32,000 nucleotides of DNA from Kineococcus radiotolerans SRS30216 = ATCC BAA-149 (GTDB lineage: Bacteria > Actinomycetota > Actinomycetes > Actinomycetales > Kineococcaceae), in contig NC_009664.2 of the NCBI RefSeq assembly GCF_000017305.1, positions 3,630,001 through 3,662,000 on the forward strand, in the 5' to 3' direction. Both the position numbers and the translations under genes were made by a program. Positions 31,624-32,000 of this stretch are shown here, in pieces (positions within the stretch are counted from its first letter, which is position 1; the number at the start of each line of letters is the position of its first letter). The notes beneath the pieces are model-generated. The model saw only the letters and a list, made by a program, of their open reading frames with translations. It had not been told where the DNA came from and ran no database searches.

Positions 31624-31664
31624 GGTCGGGTGCGCCGGGCTCCCCGAAGCGCCAGGATGCCGTC

Positions 31665-31847
31665 ATGACGACGCAGTGGTTCTACGACGTCCGCACCGGC
31701 GAGGTCCAGGAACTCGAGCGGAAGGGGCCGAACAGGGACCTGCTGGGGCCCTACGCCAGCCGCGAGGAGGCCCAGCGAGCCCTGGACACCGCCCGCGCGC
31801 GCACCGAGGAGGACGACCGCCGCGACGCCGAGGAGGACGACTGGTGA
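31665..31847 (+). CDS. Small acidic hypothetical protein, 60 aa
   Basis: ATG 31665, at the end of over-extended track ORF 29793..31847. [40 protein letters not shown]… with an acidic tail. GC3-biased. CAGGAT lies 6 nt upstream of the ATG. Divergent from map. Confidence 0.55.
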   Translation: MTTQWFYDVRTGEVQELERKGPNRDLLGPYASREEAQRALDTARARTEEDDRRDAEEDDW

Positions 31848-32000
31848 CCCCGGTCGTCCCCCGGTCCTCGCGCCGCCGCGGTCAGGGGCACCCCTGAGCG
31901 TCCCGGGGCGTTGACCGGGGTGATCCCCGACGTGAGGACGACGAGCGCGGCCGGTTCCTCCACCGAGGGGTGGATGCCCCCGACCCGGACCCTCGGTCAG

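Noticed and set aside
31751-31963. 70-aa minus-strand ORF at the right edge
   Set aside because: It overlaps and is antisense to the better-supported small acidic ORF (31665..31847). It has no start signal or motif, and the window ends too soon to judge the next real gene.

Overview
Very GC-rich actinobacterial chromosomal segment (by eye well above 70% G+C, with third codon positions almost saturated with G/C), densely coding on both strands. I support 35 protein-coding genes, one tRNA-Val(UAC), the RNase P RNA (rnpB), two unusually long perfect hairpins at convergent gene junctions, several palindromic candidate operators, and a series of TANNNT -10-like hexamers 6-8 nt from start codons (leaderless genes). 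Left to right: a 5'-truncated Tat/Dyp peroxidase (efeB-like); two conserved hypotheticals; DUF3145; the type II fatty-acid synthase operon fabD-fabH-acpP-fabF (minus strand) with an upstream PucR-family regulator (MabR/FasR-like); a helical-repeat hypothetical; aceE; fdhD; DUF3052; an ahpE-like peroxiredoxin; tRNA-Val; a Nif3-like protein; a C4 zinc-ribbon coiled-coil protein; an RNase H/histidine-phosphatase fusion; an MMPL transporter with a divergent MarR; a HisKA_3/LuxR two-component system divergent from a DUF1023-type hydrolase; an ArsB/NhaD-type permease; yaaA; rnpB. Next comes a block of poorly characterised genes: two paralogous small ORFs arranged tail-to-tail, a TetR, ohr, a zinc-ribbon/DUF6083-like protein and a DUF4328 membrane protein. 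The window ends with an F420-type LLM oxidoreductase, ppgK, a PspC-domain protein, map and a small acidic protein. Gene order from fabF to the RNase H fusion matches my recollection of the M. tuberculosis Rv2228c-Rv2245 neighbourhood, so most of the window is conserved core. I see no transposase, integrase, phage gene, CRISPR array or recognisable defence system. The most plausible place for something undescribed is about 25.0-28.5 kb, just downstream of rnpB, especially the convergent paralogous small-ORF pair, but I cannot assign it a function from sequence alone. Many long ORFs in the supplied track are GC-driven shadow ORFs and were rejected.
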